Shown piece after piece: positions 63,354-64,000 of a DNA stretch of 64,000 bases. The notes under the pieces were generated by a model. It was not told the DNA's origin. It saw nothing but the letters and a program-made list of their open reading frames with translations, and ran no database searches. Within the stretch, counting starts at the first letter, position 1; each line of letters opens with the position of its first letter. Source of the stretch: an uncultured bacterium (GTDB lineage Bacteria > Pseudomonadota > Gammaproteobacteria > Burkholderiales > Burkholderiaceae_C); assembly GCA_963701725.1 (NCBI GenBank), contig CAVPAZ010000024.1, forward strand, positions 47,580-111,579, read 5' to 3'. The position numbers and the translations under genes were made by a program.

Positions 63354-64000
63354 GCGCCCGACCTGCCGTGCCGCGGGCCGTTCACCAGGTGCTGGCGACG
63401 CTCGGCTACGGCGACGCCATCGGCCACGAGGTGCGTCGGGATCCAGCGGTGCTGCGCGGCGGCCGGCTTCGAGTCGGAGATCTTCGTCGAGACCGCCGAC
63501 CCGCGCCTCGAGCACCTGACGCTCGACTACCGCGAGCTGCCGGACGCGAGCCACCCCGACAACGTCGTCTATCCACCACTTCTCGATCGGGTCGCGCGCC
63601 TCCCGCGTCGCGTACGCGCTGCCCGACCGGATGGCGCTCGTCTATCACAACATCACGCCGCCCGAGTACTTCATCGGGGTGCACCCCCTGCTGGTGCAGC
63701 TGTGCTTCATGGGCCGGCGCGAACTGAGCGCGTACATCGACCGCGTCGCGATCGCGCTGGGCGACTCGGAGTTCAACCGGCAGGAACTCGAGGCGGCCGG
63801 ATTCCGCGAGACCGCAGTGCTGCCTGTCGTGCCGAGCTTCGCGCACCTCGACGTGGCGCCGAGCCTGCTGCTCACCGGCCAGTTCGACGACGACTGGGTG
63901 AACCTGCTGTTCGTCGGGTCGCGTGATCCCGAACAAGAAGCTCGACGAGGTCATCCGCATCTTCGCGGCGTACAAGCGCCGCGTCAACCCGCGGTCGCGG
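63350..64000 (+). pseudogene. Second glycosyltransferase (group 1), 5' part. It has frame breaks and continues beyond the window.
   Basis: MSARPAVPRAVHQVLATLGYGDAIGHEV is in ORF 63254... The reconstructed remainder is ...LVYHNITPPEYFIGVHP...ALGDSEFNRQELEAAGF...NLLFVGRVIPNKK. Confidence 0.6.

Overview
High-GC window (about two-thirds G+C by eye, not computed) that does not look like one natural locus. (1) nt 1-35,49x is a Burkholderiales-type betaproteobacterial housekeeping stretch. It carries fabH-fabD-fabG-acpP-fabF, rpoE-rseA-rseB-degP, lepA-lepB-DUF4845-rnc-era-recO-pdxJ-acpS-nagZ, divergent rne/rluC, and OsmC/HAD/Rieske/sppA. It ends with a urease cluster (ureG-ureF-ureE ... ureC-ureB') whose accessory and structural genes are separated by a 7.2-kb block (hydrolase, PagP-like OMP, serC, mgtA, phaC). 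ureB is cut off after its last ~20 codons at ~35,473-35,496. (2) nt 35,49x-37,359 is a 1.9-kb fragment bounded by two abrupt junctions: an orphan RHH gene, a YhcH-family gene, a DsbA/FrnE-like gene and a 5'-truncated ORF. (3) nt 37,360-64,000 starts in the middle of a 16S rRNA gene (5' ~765 nt only). That 16S is not betaproteobacterial and looks Acidobacteriota-like from memory. It is followed by tandem rRNA promoters, tyrS, purN-purM-purF-purB, an M16 peptidase, rlmN, a ~1,400-codon secreted multidomain protein, a ToxR-like/TPR membrane regulator, mtaB, purD, rpsU and an envelope-glycan cluster (STAS, UbiA-type phosphoribosyltransferase, two glycosyltransferases). Many genes are broken by 1-nt indels, clustered at 1-5.2 kb, 40.9-55.3 kb and 62-64 kb, while long stretches in between are intact. 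This points to sequence or assembly error rather than biology. I saw no CRISPR array, tRNA, transposase/integrase or recognisable defence or toxin system. The most interesting sequence-level observation is an in-frame TGA exactly at the first Cys of the CxxC motif of the DsbA/FrnE-like gene, followed by a SECIS-like hairpin (candidate selenoprotein, or an error). Next are the two chimeric junctions and the large secreted protein with an unassigned central domain and four 'AEG' repeats.
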